Shown: piece by piece, positions 1-11,297 of the stretch | How positions within the stretch are numbered: position 1 is the first letter of the stretch | Layout of the letters: each line of letters begins with the position of its first letter | Assembly (NCBI GenBank): GCA_964016885.1 | Contig: OZ024760.1 | Location: 28,954,001-29,018,000 of the forward strand | DNA: 64,000 bases | Direction of reading: 5' to 3' | From: Eledone cirrhosa | Lineage: Eukaryota | Program-made: the position numbers and the translations under genes | Notes under the pieces: model-generated | What the model was told of the DNA's origin: nothing | Database searches by the model: none | What the model saw: only the letters and a program-made list of their open reading frames with translations

Positions 1-189
1 CCACCATCACACCTCCTTCCTCGTCTCCCCCACCACCACACCCCCTTCCTTGTCTCCCCCACCACCACCCCCTTCCTCGTCTACCCCACCAATCCCCCTC
101 CCCCACCCCGTTTTCTGGAAATTTCCTGATTTATTGGTTTTTAATATCTTCCTGAAATATATAAAATCTTGAAAATGTCAAAAATGATG

Positions 190-540
190 TTTATATATAT
201 GTGTGTGTGTGTGTCTGTTGATGTGTGTGTGTGTATGTTTGTGTGTATATGTGTGTGTATATGTGTGTATATGTGTGTCTCTTTATGTGTGTATATGTGT
301 GTCTGTTTATGTGTGTATATGTGTGTCTGTTTATGTGTGTGTGTGTAGATGTGTGTTTATGTGAGTGTATATGTGAATGTGATGTTTGTATGTATGTATG
401 TGTGTGTTTGTGTATGTGAGTGTATATGTATATGTGAGTGTGTGTGAATGTTTGTGTATATGTGAGTGTGTGAATGTGTGTGCGGATGTATGTATGTGTG
501 TGAGTGTGTGTGTATGTATGTATGTGTGTGAGTGTGTTGT
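190..540. repeat. Compound (GT)n/(AT)n microsatellite
   Basis: Degenerate gtgtgtat repeats; source of the spurious ORFs at 191-586. Confidence 0.9.
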
Positions 541-749
541 ATTTGTGTCTACATGTACTAATATTGAATTTAGTAAACACATTTAAAATTTATATTATCA
601 TCATCATCATCATCATCCTACGTCCATATATTCATGCCAGCATGGGTTGGACTATAAGTCCTAAGTTCAAATGCCTGCTACGGTCAACTTTACCTTTCAT
701 CCTTATGGTATTCGATAAAATAAAGTGCCTGTAATTCACTGGGGGCGAT

Positions 750-1345
750 TTCATCATCATCATTCGTCGACTACTGTCGAGATGACGGATCTCACTCTCA
801 TGCCCCAGAATTCCCTGTCCCCCATCGCTGCCCCCAGGTCCTGTCTACTGATTCCCGTATCCCTAGAGATAACGTCAGGGAATGACAGCTTCCTACTCCC
901 AGTCAGGCTGGAGTCAGGGTTCCAGAGCAAGAGAGCGGATATGATTTCATTGCTGGCACGGTGACAGTGGCCAGCAAATTGAGCTCTCCGGGATTTTAGA
1001 AGGGCAGAGGCTCGAGGGAGTTTGCCATAGATTTTAGACAAGGTGGGATGTCGTTTCCAGGATAGATTTTGCACTCTCATTAAGAGGCGGGTATATGTGC
1101 CATCCAATCTCCTCTCAAGTTGTGATGTTAGTGTCCAAGTTTCGGATCCATAAAGTAATATGGGCTTAATGGTTGCTTGGAATATTTCCAGTTTTAGCTT
1201 GTTGGTAAGTTGAGATGTCCATATGGCGTGCATGTCATTGCACGCTGACCATGCCATACCCTTCCTGGTTAGAAAATCTTTTTTGGAGGAGGAGATATAT
1301 GAGCCAAGATACTTGTAATCTTCCACCTGCTTAAGGGTGGTACCA
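750..1345 (-). mobile_element. 5'-truncated RTE-group LINE, C-terminal end of ORF2
   Basis: ORF 760-1326 has YKYLGS, LLYGSETWTLT and QFAGHC motifs typical of the region after the RT domain in RTE-type elements; it ends directly in a (TGA)n tail. Confidence 0.8.
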
Positions 1346-1354
1346 TTAAGGGTT

Positions 1355-2045
1355 CTGATGGGCTGTTTGGGGTCGATTTAATTGACTTGCCACTCTGCAC
1401 GAATTTCAGTCCCTATGCCTAAATCAAAAACCATTATCATGAGGGTAGTAAATTGGCAGAATCAGTGGAGCGTTGGACGTTTTGTGGCATAGAGTTATTT
1501 CCCTTTACATTCTGAGTTCAAATCCTATTTAATTTAGCTTTACACTTCATCCTAACATACTGGGGTCGATTTAATAGACTTTGCCGTCCCCTTCAAATTG
1601 CTGGCCTTGTGCCGAAAGTAGAAACTTTTATTATTTGGACTGGCAGTATCGGTAGAGGGTCTGATGCCATCGTTACGGGATCGATAAAATAAAGTACCAG
1701 TAATACACTGGATAATTGCTGGCCTTGTGCCAAAAGTAGAAACAATTATTCGTCTTAGTTTTACTGCATTACTGAGCACTGCTCAGTGTTCCTAGGAGCT
1801 ATGCAGTGTTGTTTTTGGTGTTGTCGTTTGTATTGTATTGAAAATACACCATGCTTTGTGGCATAGAGTTAAGGCCCTTTGCGGTCTGAGTTCAAATCCC
1901 GCCGAGGTTAACTTTGCCTTTCATCCTTACGAGGTCGATAAAATAAAGTACCAGTCACGCAATGGAGTTGATTTAATTGACTTCCCCTCCCCCCCAAAAT
2001 TGCTGGCCTTGTGCCTATACTAGAAATCATTATTATTATTATTAT
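1355..2045 (+). mobile_element. Cluster of 3-4 partial copies of tRNA-derived SINE family A (Deu/Nin-like core)
   Basis: Recurring blocks ggcagtatcggtagag, gagttcaaatcc (B box), gcctttcatccttacgaggtcgataaaataaagtacc and tail gctggccttgtgccaaaagtagaaacaattatt. Confidence 0.8.
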
Positions 2046-2981
2046 CAGTATGCGCTCACAGCCCTCGGCCAATCAGGCAATGTGAATCGGTGGAAACTCC
2101 ACCTTGGCGTTCTATAGAGGATTAGTGGAGGGGAAGAGATTAACTAGCCAATCTCTTTGGAAGAACTTTCAGACCGGGGCCTATGGACAACTTCCAGAAA
2201 TCCCTGGCCTGGCAGTGCTACCGAGGAGCTTTGCCAGTTTGGGATAAACTCTACAGGCATGGAGGTGCCGTCAGCCAGGCATGTCCGAGATGCACGCAGG
2301 GCGACGAAACCGTCCTGCATGCACTCATCCAGTGTCCGAGCATTGCTGACTTGTGGGTTTATGTCGGACACCTGCTGTCGCGTGTAAGACGGATCCAGCT
2401 ATCAGCTGAGTCCATCGTGAGGATTGCCCCGGCCTCTTCCGTTAGCCGGGAAGGGCAGGCAGTTTTTATCTGTCTGGTGGCCATGGCGAAAGAGATAGTA
2501 TGGTGGACGTGTCTGAAAGGGTTGAAGACGAGCACTTACCTCTTCGGTGATGCCCTGATTAACTTTTTCAAATTTCATTTGAAAAGGAAAATCAGGGTAG
2601 AGAGGGAAGTGCTCTCTTCCCAGCTTTTTGTTGAAAGATGGGTGAGAGAGGCAAGAATGGCCTGAGTGAGTGGACCTACTCTGAGTATATGCCTGTAAAT
2701 TGAAGGTGGAAAACTGGGAGAGGACAATTGCCCTGGTGGTCAGGGTCACCGTAGCTTTTTTTAATGGGCTTTCTCCACGATGGCCCTCGGAAGTCTCCCC
2801 CCTATTGGTGAATTTTTCATTGTTCTATTATTACATCCTCTGTTTTTTTTGTTTTTTTACACGCAGAAATGCTCATTTGTACCGTCCTGTATTGTCCTGT
2901 ACTGTCCTTAATGTCTACTTTGTGTAAACCCTTGTGGTTAATAAAGAAAGCATTATTATCATTATTATTATTATTATTATT
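2046..2981 (+). mobile_element. 5'-truncated Tx1/L1-clade LINE 3' fragment
   Basis: ORF 2183-2665 has the zinc-knuckle CPRC-x7-H-x4-C and is clearly homologous to 7893-8366; 3' UTR ends aataaagaaag followed by (ATT)n. Confidence 0.85.
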
Positions 2982-3186
2982 GGTCTAAGCGGACGTATTT
3001 TGCTCGCTCCCAGTAAGTCGCTTTATTTGCATGTTAAAATTATTTGTTGTTAAATATTTCTTGTTGTGTAAGGGATATAAGCCCTTAGACTTTGCCCTGT
3101 GAAGGGGAAAGTATAATATTTGGGCCTTTTGGCCCAAATATTTGAATTTTTTTTACATGTTAAAACATTTACGGAGAAAAAGAAAC

Positions 3187-5150
3187 ATGGCTGAGCCACG
3201 CCCCCCAGCGATACGTCTGCTGTCGTGCGACAACAACGTGGAAGTTGAGAGGAGCGCTACACGAAATTAACACAAATTGATAACACAAACAATGTAAACA
3301 AAGACACCAATGATACCAATGAGAACTCTAATTTTGAAAAAAATGACAGTAACAGCGACAACGAAAATACAGATAACAAAAAAAGAAAACAAATACAACA
3401 ACAATATCAACACCACTAACATGAAAACAAATAGCGACAACACCAACAGCAACAATACCAACTGCACCGAGAACAACGGTGGCAACAAAGACAACAATGA
3501 TAACAGCAACAGTGCTAACAACAACACCAACAAGAACAACGACAACAACAACCCCAACGAAAACAAGAAGAACACTTTCGCTGCGGCAGTAGCAAAGAAA
3601 AGGCCATGCTTCAACATGGACCTCTAAAACAAAGATGAAAAGTTGGCCCAGGCATAGAAGCTCATCAAGCAAGAGCAAACCTGAGCCAACTTAACTGTCC
3701 CGGTAGAAGCTATTGAGGCAGTAGAGTGCAGAACGGTGCATTATAGATGCATCTCAGCACAAACCAAAAGGGAAGCTTTAATCCCACAAGAAAATGTCGA
3801 AGTCACCCTGAGGTGCATCAGAGAAGACACCCAGTACATAGAGAGGGGCAGACAGTACGGCACCATTTCGGTGTTGTTCAAGTCAGAAGCCCTCGCTATG
3901 AAACACGCTATGACTCCTTGCAAAACCAGCAAGGTCATAATGTACCCCTCCCACATGGGAAAAAGAACGGCCCATCTCCGCATTCCCAGAATCCCACCAG
4001 GACTTGACATGTGGTGGCTTCTGGGATGTGTGATTGTGGAGGGGGTGGATACCGTCCCTATAGAAGTGACCAGAACGGCCAGAGAGGACTGGTCCGGGGT
4101 TGACCTGGAGATCCTTTTCCAGATCAGGCTCGAGAATGTGAAGACAATCCTGGACCACATCCGCCTTCAGAATGGGACGGTCATTCACATTATGACCGAA
4201 GGCAAAAGGCCGCAGTGTTTTGTTTGTGGGGAAAAAACCCATTGCGAGCCTTCTGCCCTCAACTGCTGAAAGAGGCAAGGGGTCGAAAGGCTCCACTGTT
4301 GCCGACGCCGGGGCGAGGACCACAACCAACACCAGCACCGGCTAAACCACCAACAACAACACCAATAGAAAAACCACCACCAACATTGACCACCCCGGGG
4401 GGAAACGAGGAAAGCTGTCAAATTCCCCCTCCCCCCCAAAATACACACACCAATACAACCATAAACATACATACAGACACACTTACAGACACAGACCCCT
4501 CATCTACAAGTAATGAAAATGAGGGAAAACCAAAATCCTCCAAAATACAAAAAAGGAAACACAAAAAGAAAAAAAAAAAACTCAACAAAGCACAAAAGCA
4601 CCCACAATAAAAAACGGAGACACCACCCACGCAAACATCTCTCCAATAACACCAACATCAACACCACCATCACCTTCAGCAGAATCCCCCAAACGCAAAC
4701 AACCGAAACAGACGCAAGAAAAAATATACACACAAACATCTGAAACCATAGACACCGCACTCACAACAAACACAGATACAACCGAAACAACACCACCAAA
4801 ACCATCACCACCACAGCCACGCAAACAAATAAAATCACACCAACAAAACATACAAAACTTCGTGCTCGTCAGGAGGGCCAACAAGGAACTGCTGGCCCTC
4901 GTAGCACGAAGTGAAAATATACAAAAAGAGGGGGAAATTTTTAAATCGAGCACATTTCACGTGCCGGAAGATTTGGTTCTGGTGCGAATGTCGCTCGACA
5001 TATTCAAAGAAATACGAGACAGCTTTCCACGGGACGTGGGAACCCCGAACGTAAAACCCACTTCAAGACCTTTAAAGGGGTTCCCAAAAGAAACCCCACC
5101 AACTATGGAGGTCGAACAACCCGACCTTCACAAGAGCCCGGAAGGTAAGC
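3187..5150 (+). pseudogene. Disrupted ORF1 (gag-like) of the Tx1 LINE
   Basis: Asn/Thr-rich N-terminus, globular middle region, CCHC knuckle CFVCGEKTH/LRAFC split by a frameshift near 4240, Pro/Lys-rich C-terminal part; in-frame stops near 3625-3685. Confidence 0.7.
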
Positions 5151-5183
5151 AAACCTTCCTCTCTCTCTGTTTAACCTGCCAAC

Positions 5184-8100
5184 ATGGCCATATTAAGAGT
5201 AGGATGTTTAAATGTTCGAGGCCTGGGATCGTCCTGGAAGCAGGGTCACCTGCTCAACGACCTCAGGTCTATAGAAATGGATGTAATTGCAGTCAGCGAG
5301 ACCAGGATTTCCGACATGTGTGCACTCGCCCCCTTTTCGACGACTATCAGATCTTTGTATCTGTTAGCCGGCCGGGAATGGGAGGCGGGGTGGCAGTGCT
5401 GTTTAGGAAAGGCCTGGATCTCGAGGTAAGGTCGATCTTCCGGGACCCAGACGGGATGTTGGTGGTCCTGGACGTGAACAATAACGAAGGTGGTGCCTTT
5501 AGACTGGTGGACGTCTATGCTCCTACTGGGGCAGGATGGCCGGACTTCTTTAGACGCCTGGAAGCCTTTCTGGGTACGTCTCGCCCTTTACTGTTAGCGG
5601 GGGACTGGAACGGCATCTTAGACGCACGCTGGGACTGTGTGGGAGTATCCGATAGGAGCGGGGGGTGAAAAAGCCTCAAGAACCTGATCAGCCAGTTCCA
5701 ACTGTCTGACAGGTACCGACTAGATTTCCCTAATGCGCCAGTGTGGACCTGGGCTAACCACATAGTGTCAACTAGATCGTATATAGACAGGATATTCATT
5801 AGGAAAATAGACAGAAATAGTGTAAGCTGTCCATGTTTTGAAACGGTCGCCTATACAGATCACAAGTTTGTGATCTGTATGGTCGACCTAGATAAGACGC
5901 GTAGGTTAGGACCTGGTTACTGGAAGCTAAACATGTTATTTCCGGCACGTAAGGCTTACAGGGACCAGGTCAACAATTTAGTTAAGAAAAAGTTGACAGG
6001 GGGAGTCGTCAACAATAGATGGTGGGGGGCTCTCAAACGAGAGATTAGAGTAATGTCGATAGAGTTTAGCAAAGAAGTAGCGTTAGAGAAAAATAGAAAG
6101 GAGGGGGAGTTGGTAGATAAGTTAGATGAGGCTATTGGTAGTGGCATTGCAACTGATGAGCTAGCGGCGAGAATGGCATTAGACCATTTCTTCAATGCGA
6201 AACACGAAGGTTGCATTGTCAGAGCTAAGGCGCGTGCTCTGAGAAACGAGGGAACCAAAGCTGTTCGATGGGCCCGCGTGGCAGAGGCGCAGTGTAGTAA
6301 TAAAACCACGATTCAGTCTTTGACGGACCGAGATGGGCACGAGCTGAGCGATTCCGAGAGGATGTGTGAGGCCTTTCGCCAACATTTTGCTCGGTTGTTC
6401 GGGGGAAGTGGCGGGTCAGAGATGGTGGCGGACTTCAGTCCCTACCTCGATGGGTTGCCGCAACTCTCGACGGCTGACGCTGGGCGCTGCGAAAGGCCAA
6501 TTACTTCAGCCGAGATTCAGGATGCTCTTGTCGGCTGCATGAGGCGCAAATCACCCGGTTTGGATGGTCTGCCCTACGAGCTTTACGTAAATATGCCAGA
6601 CTTGTTCTCCAATCTCCTCGAAGCCCTCTACTGCAACTGGCAGCAAAACGGGAGTATTCCCAGTTCTGTGAGCCGGGGCGTAGTGACGCTGATAAGGAAA
6701 GACGAGAACAAGAGGACACATTAGACAATTTCAGGCCCATAACTCTGCTCAACACAGAGTTTAAGATTTTGGCCTTGGTGTTAGTGAAGAGGTTGGCACT
6801 TGTCGTCAGGGATTTGGTTGGGGAGGCGCAAACTTGCGCAATCCCAACCAGGTCCATACACGACAACCTCCACCTAATGCGATACATCATAGAGAGGGTA
6901 GGGTGTAAAGCTGGCTTCGGTGGGGCTCTGATCAATTTAGATCAATCGAAAGCATTCGATAGGGTCGACCATCGGTACCTGGAGGCTGTCATCAAGGTGG
7001 CTGGCTTCGGCCCCGTCTTCAGAAGCTGGATCGCTGCAATGCACAGCGGTACCTGCTCGATGGTCAAAATTAATGGCCACCTCTCGGAACCGTTTCATGT
7101 CTCCCGATCGGTCCGTCAAGGGTGCCCTCTCTCCTCCCTTCTGTACGTATTGACTCTCGAGCCTTTACTGTGAAAGCTGGAGCTGTTGCAGGGCATCCTG
7201 CTCAAACCAGGACGCGGAAAGGTTGTGTTGGCTTATGTGGACGACATCACCATGATGGTGTCAGACACCTCAGAAATCGAGGTGGTCGGCAACTTATTAG
7301 AGGAATATGAAAGGTTGACGGGAGCAAAACTTAACCCGGAAAAGTCAGTGGGCTTGCAACTCGGCACCTGGAGAGGCAAGTCCATGCTGTCCAACAGCGT
7401 CTTTAGGCGCTGGACGAACGGACCGGTAAAGTTGGTTTGGTTTGGGCCAGACCTCCAGGTGGATAAGAATTGGGACGAGGTGACAGGCAGGGTAGCCAGT
7501 CTCACCTAGAAATGGGCTGGGATGAAGCTATCACTGAAAGGTCGGGCGGAGGTGGCGAACGCGTACACTACGTCTGTCATCTACTACCGTCTGACTGTCG
7601 TCCCTTGACCCCGTTCGCGCCTCGCCATTTTGGAGCGGCTCCTCTTCAAATTCTTGTGGAGGGGTCAGGTTCCGCTGGTGAGGCGGTCCATCTGCTGCCA
7701 GCACCCTCTACGTGGAGGACTGGGCATGCCGTGGCTAATAATGCGCAGGCACGCGCTGAGGCTGTGGTATCTCCAGATATTCTGCCTAAACGGTGAACAG
7801 GTGTGGTCGCCGTTTGTCAGATGGGCCTTTCCGCAGCTCGTTTCTTTGACTGAGCTGCAGTCCTGGGTCAAGAAGAGACCAAGACTGGGTGATTGGCACT
7901 GCCGGTTCGAGATAAACTCTACAGGCACGGAAGTGCTGTCAGACGGACCTGCCCGAGATGCGCGCAGAGCGACGAAACCGTTCTGCACGCACTCGTCCAG
8001 TGTCCGTGCATTACTGACTTGTGGAGTTATGTTGAACAGCTGTTGTCACTCGTAGAACGGATCCGGCTATCGGCCGAGTCCATAGTCAAGATCGACCCGC

Positions 8101-8366
8101 CGCCTTCTTTTGGCCAGGAAGGGCAGGCAATTTTCCTCTGTCTGGTGGCAGTAGCGAAAGAGGTTGTATGGTGGACGAGGTTGAAAGGACTGAAGACAGA
8201 CACTTTTCTCTTCGGCCAATCCCTCATCAACTTTTTCAAGTTTCACTTGGAAAGGAAGGTGAGGGTGGAGAGAGAAGTGCTGCCCCCCAGTACATTTGCT
8301 GAAAGGTGGGTGAATGTGGCGAGAATGGCCCGTGTGAGTGGGCCTACTCTGGTCATGCGGCTGTAG
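5184..8366 (+). pseudogene. Disrupted ORF2 of the Tx1 LINE: AP endonuclease, reverse transcriptase, C-terminal CCHC
   Basis: LNVRGL, SET, VYAP, AGDWN, IDRIF, TDH (APE); PGYWKLN; KSPGLDGLPYE, FRPITLLNT, LDQSKAFDRV, RQGCPLS, YVDD at 7234 (RT); stops at 5666, 7171, 7507 and several frameshifts. Confidence 0.9.
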
Positions 8367-9094
8367 GTAGGTAAATTTGAGGAGGAGAGGGGTGCCCTTC
8401 CAGGGTGCTCTCGAAGCGTCGGGTCGTTCAGGACTGGTAGGGTGCCTGAGCGAACCCTAGGTGGTCATCCCCCCTATTGTGGAATTTTTTCTCTTGTTGT
8501 AATTTTATTGTTACTTTATTGTTACTTTGTTATTGTTACTTTGTTATTGTGATTCATATTGTTTATTCGATTTTTCTGTAAAACCCCACTGTCCCAGTCT
8601 TTTCTATTGTCCCCTATATGTCGGCCCATGTGACCAATAAATGAAATCATTATTATTATTATTATATTACCAATATCCATTCTATTAAGGCCCCTGATTT
8701 ATTCTCTTTGGTGTTTCATTGGTACTTTCCTCACGCATTAGTTAGGTATGTATTCAGCATAATTACTAATTGATCAGCTCCTAGCCATCTTCTGGTTCAC
8801 CACATCATTATTTTACAGAATTTATTGTCCTTACAAACCTTTTCTATTACCAATGATTGTGGGTTAGCTGTTTATAGTGGTTTTGCTGCTACAGTGAGCA
8901 AGTTAATCAACTAGGTGTTAGCTCTTAATATGGCAATTACTGTTAGAGTTAAATATGTGTGTCTTTGTCTTTAAGTTACATGTCCCTGTTTTATACTTCT
9001 AATCAGGAATATAAATCTAATATTTGTCCATTATGCCAAATAGCATCTAAATCTGAGTGAAAAATATATCAATTATTTGTTTTACAGTGGATTT

Positions 9095-10197
9095 TTAACC
9101 CTTTCATTACCATATTTCTAATGAAAGACACTACCTATGTCATTAACCCTTTCATTACCATATTTCTAATAAAAGACATTGTCTATGGCATTAACCCTTC
9201 CATTACCATATTTCTAATGAAAGACACTGTCTATGTCATTAACCCTTTCATTACCATATTTCTAATGAAAGACACTGTCTATGTCATTAACCTTTTTTAT
9301 TACCTTATTTCTAATGAAAGACACTATCTATGTCATTAACCCTTTCATTACCACATTTCTAATGAAAGACACTGTCTATGTCATTAACCCTTGCATTACC
9401 ATATTTCTAATGAAAGACACTGTCTATATCATTAATCCTTTCATTACCATATTTCAAATGAAAGACACTGTCTATGCCATTAACCCTTTCATTACCATAT
9501 TTCTAATGAAAGACACCACCTATGTCATTAACCCTTTCATTACCATATTTCTATCGAAAGACACTGTCTATGACATTAACCCTTTCATTACCATATTTCT
9601 AATGAAAGACACTGTCTATGTCATTAACCCTTTCATTACCGTATTTCTAATGAAAGACACTGTCTATGTCTTTAACCCTTTCATTACCGTATTTCTAATG
9701 AAAGACACTGTCTATGTCTTTAACCCTTTCATTACCGTATTTCTAATGAAAGACACTGTCTATGTCTTTAACCCTTTCATTACCGTATTTCTAATGAAAG
9801 ACACTGTCTATGTCATTAACCCTTTCATTACCGTATTTTTAATGAAAGACACTGTCTATGTCATTAACCCTTTCATTACCGTATTTCTAATGAAAGACAC
9901 TGTCTATGCCATTAACCCTTTCATTACCGTATTTCTAATGAAAGACACTGTCTATGTCTTTAACCCTTTCATTACCGTATTTCTAATGAAAGACACTGTC
10001 TATGTCATTAACCCTTTCATTACCGTATTTCTAATGAAAGACACTGTCTATGCCATTAACCCTTTCATTACCGTATTTCTAATGAAAGACACTGTCTATG
10101 CCATTAACCCTTTCATTACCATATTTCTAATGAAAGACACTGTCTATGTCATTAACCCTTTCATTACCATATTTCTAATGAAAGACACTGTTTATGG
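9095..10197. repeat. 48-bp minisatellite, ~23 copies
   Basis: Unit ttaaccctttcattaccatatttctaatgaaagacactgtctatgtca; gives the 16-aa periodic ORF 9281-10402. Confidence 0.95.
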
Positions 10198-10489
10198 AAC
10201 AAACTACCTGCGTCAGTTGTTAGCTGCTGAGACAATGCATCCTTTAAAACCTCCATGGTTCCTGAAAATCGCCAACACTACACCTGATGTTCCCCCCACC
10301 CATACACATGCTTACATGTATATCATGACTCATATACTGTTCACTTTCCTGACATTTGTACATTATTCTATGTACTATACATGCACCTTTGATGAGTTTT
10401 AGTGCACATGAGCACTGTACACAATAATTTCATTATTAGCATACATATATATATATATACACATATATGTACACATATATATATATACA

Positions 10490-10902
10490 TACATAGCGAA
10501 ACCTACAGTCAGTAGGCACCTCTTAACCAAATATACACCCAATCCACTACCCCTACCCTATCCTCCCACCAACACCACCCTCTCTCTATAAAGTTGGTAC
10601 CTCAACATCCAGTCCAAATAAATGAGATAATGAGATTGAGATCGTGTAGGTGTCACGAGAAAAAACACACAGTCCATGCTGTAATGTGGCCGTGTAGGTA
10701 ACATGGTAAAAAGTTCCCAGTTCCACACTGTAAATGTGGTTGATGTTAGGAAGGGCATCCAGCCGTAGAAAACCTGCCAGATAGTCCTATATGAACGAGA
10801 CACGGTCACCTGACTAACCTTGCCTCAAGAGGGACAACTCCCATCTAACCCATGCTAGCGTGGAAAGTGGACGTTAAACAAAGATGATGATGAGATGATG
10901 AT
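10490..10902 (+). mobile_element. 3' UTR-only copy of the RTE LINE
   Basis: Colinear with 14063-14450, ends in (GAT)n, preceded by (TA)n. Confidence 0.85.
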
Positions 10903-11215
10903 ATATTACGCAAGTTCGATTGCTGATTTTGAATTCACAGAAACCAATCAAGGATATTGTATAATATCCTTCAATACGGTCCAGGTTTGTTATTTAACCT
11001 GATTGTATTTTCATTGTTGTGGTGGCATCTGGATTTGTTCCCTTAACCACAGTTTTCAATTCATCACACCATTTAACATATGTTTATTACTCTAAGATGT
11101 AACTTATCGATTTATCGATATCTTCTTACTGAGTGCTTCGTGCAAAGCTTCTGAATATTGTTTCTTTCGTGGATGCTGGTTAAGCACTGCAACTTCAAAT
11201 TTACTAACTTCCACT

Positions 11216-11261
<46 letters not shown>

Positions 11262-11297
11262 TAATATATATATATATATATATTATATATATTAAAA

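Larger units (their letters stand above)
2982..8670 (+). mobile_element. Full-length but decayed Tx1/L1-clade LINE (ORF1 plus APE-RT ORF2)
   Basis: 5' UTR, ORF1 from ~3187, ORF2 5184-8366, T-rich 3' UTR, aataaa and (ATT)n tail; multiple stops and frameshifts. Confidence 0.9.

Noticed and set aside
9281-10402. 373-aa hydrophobic repeat ORF
   Set aside because: Translation of the 48-bp minisatellite.
10385-10440. ttgatgag motif as a hammerhead (also at 27803)
   Set aside because: No CUGANGA/GAAA pair or stems; it looks like a retroposon 3' tail ending in (ATT)n.
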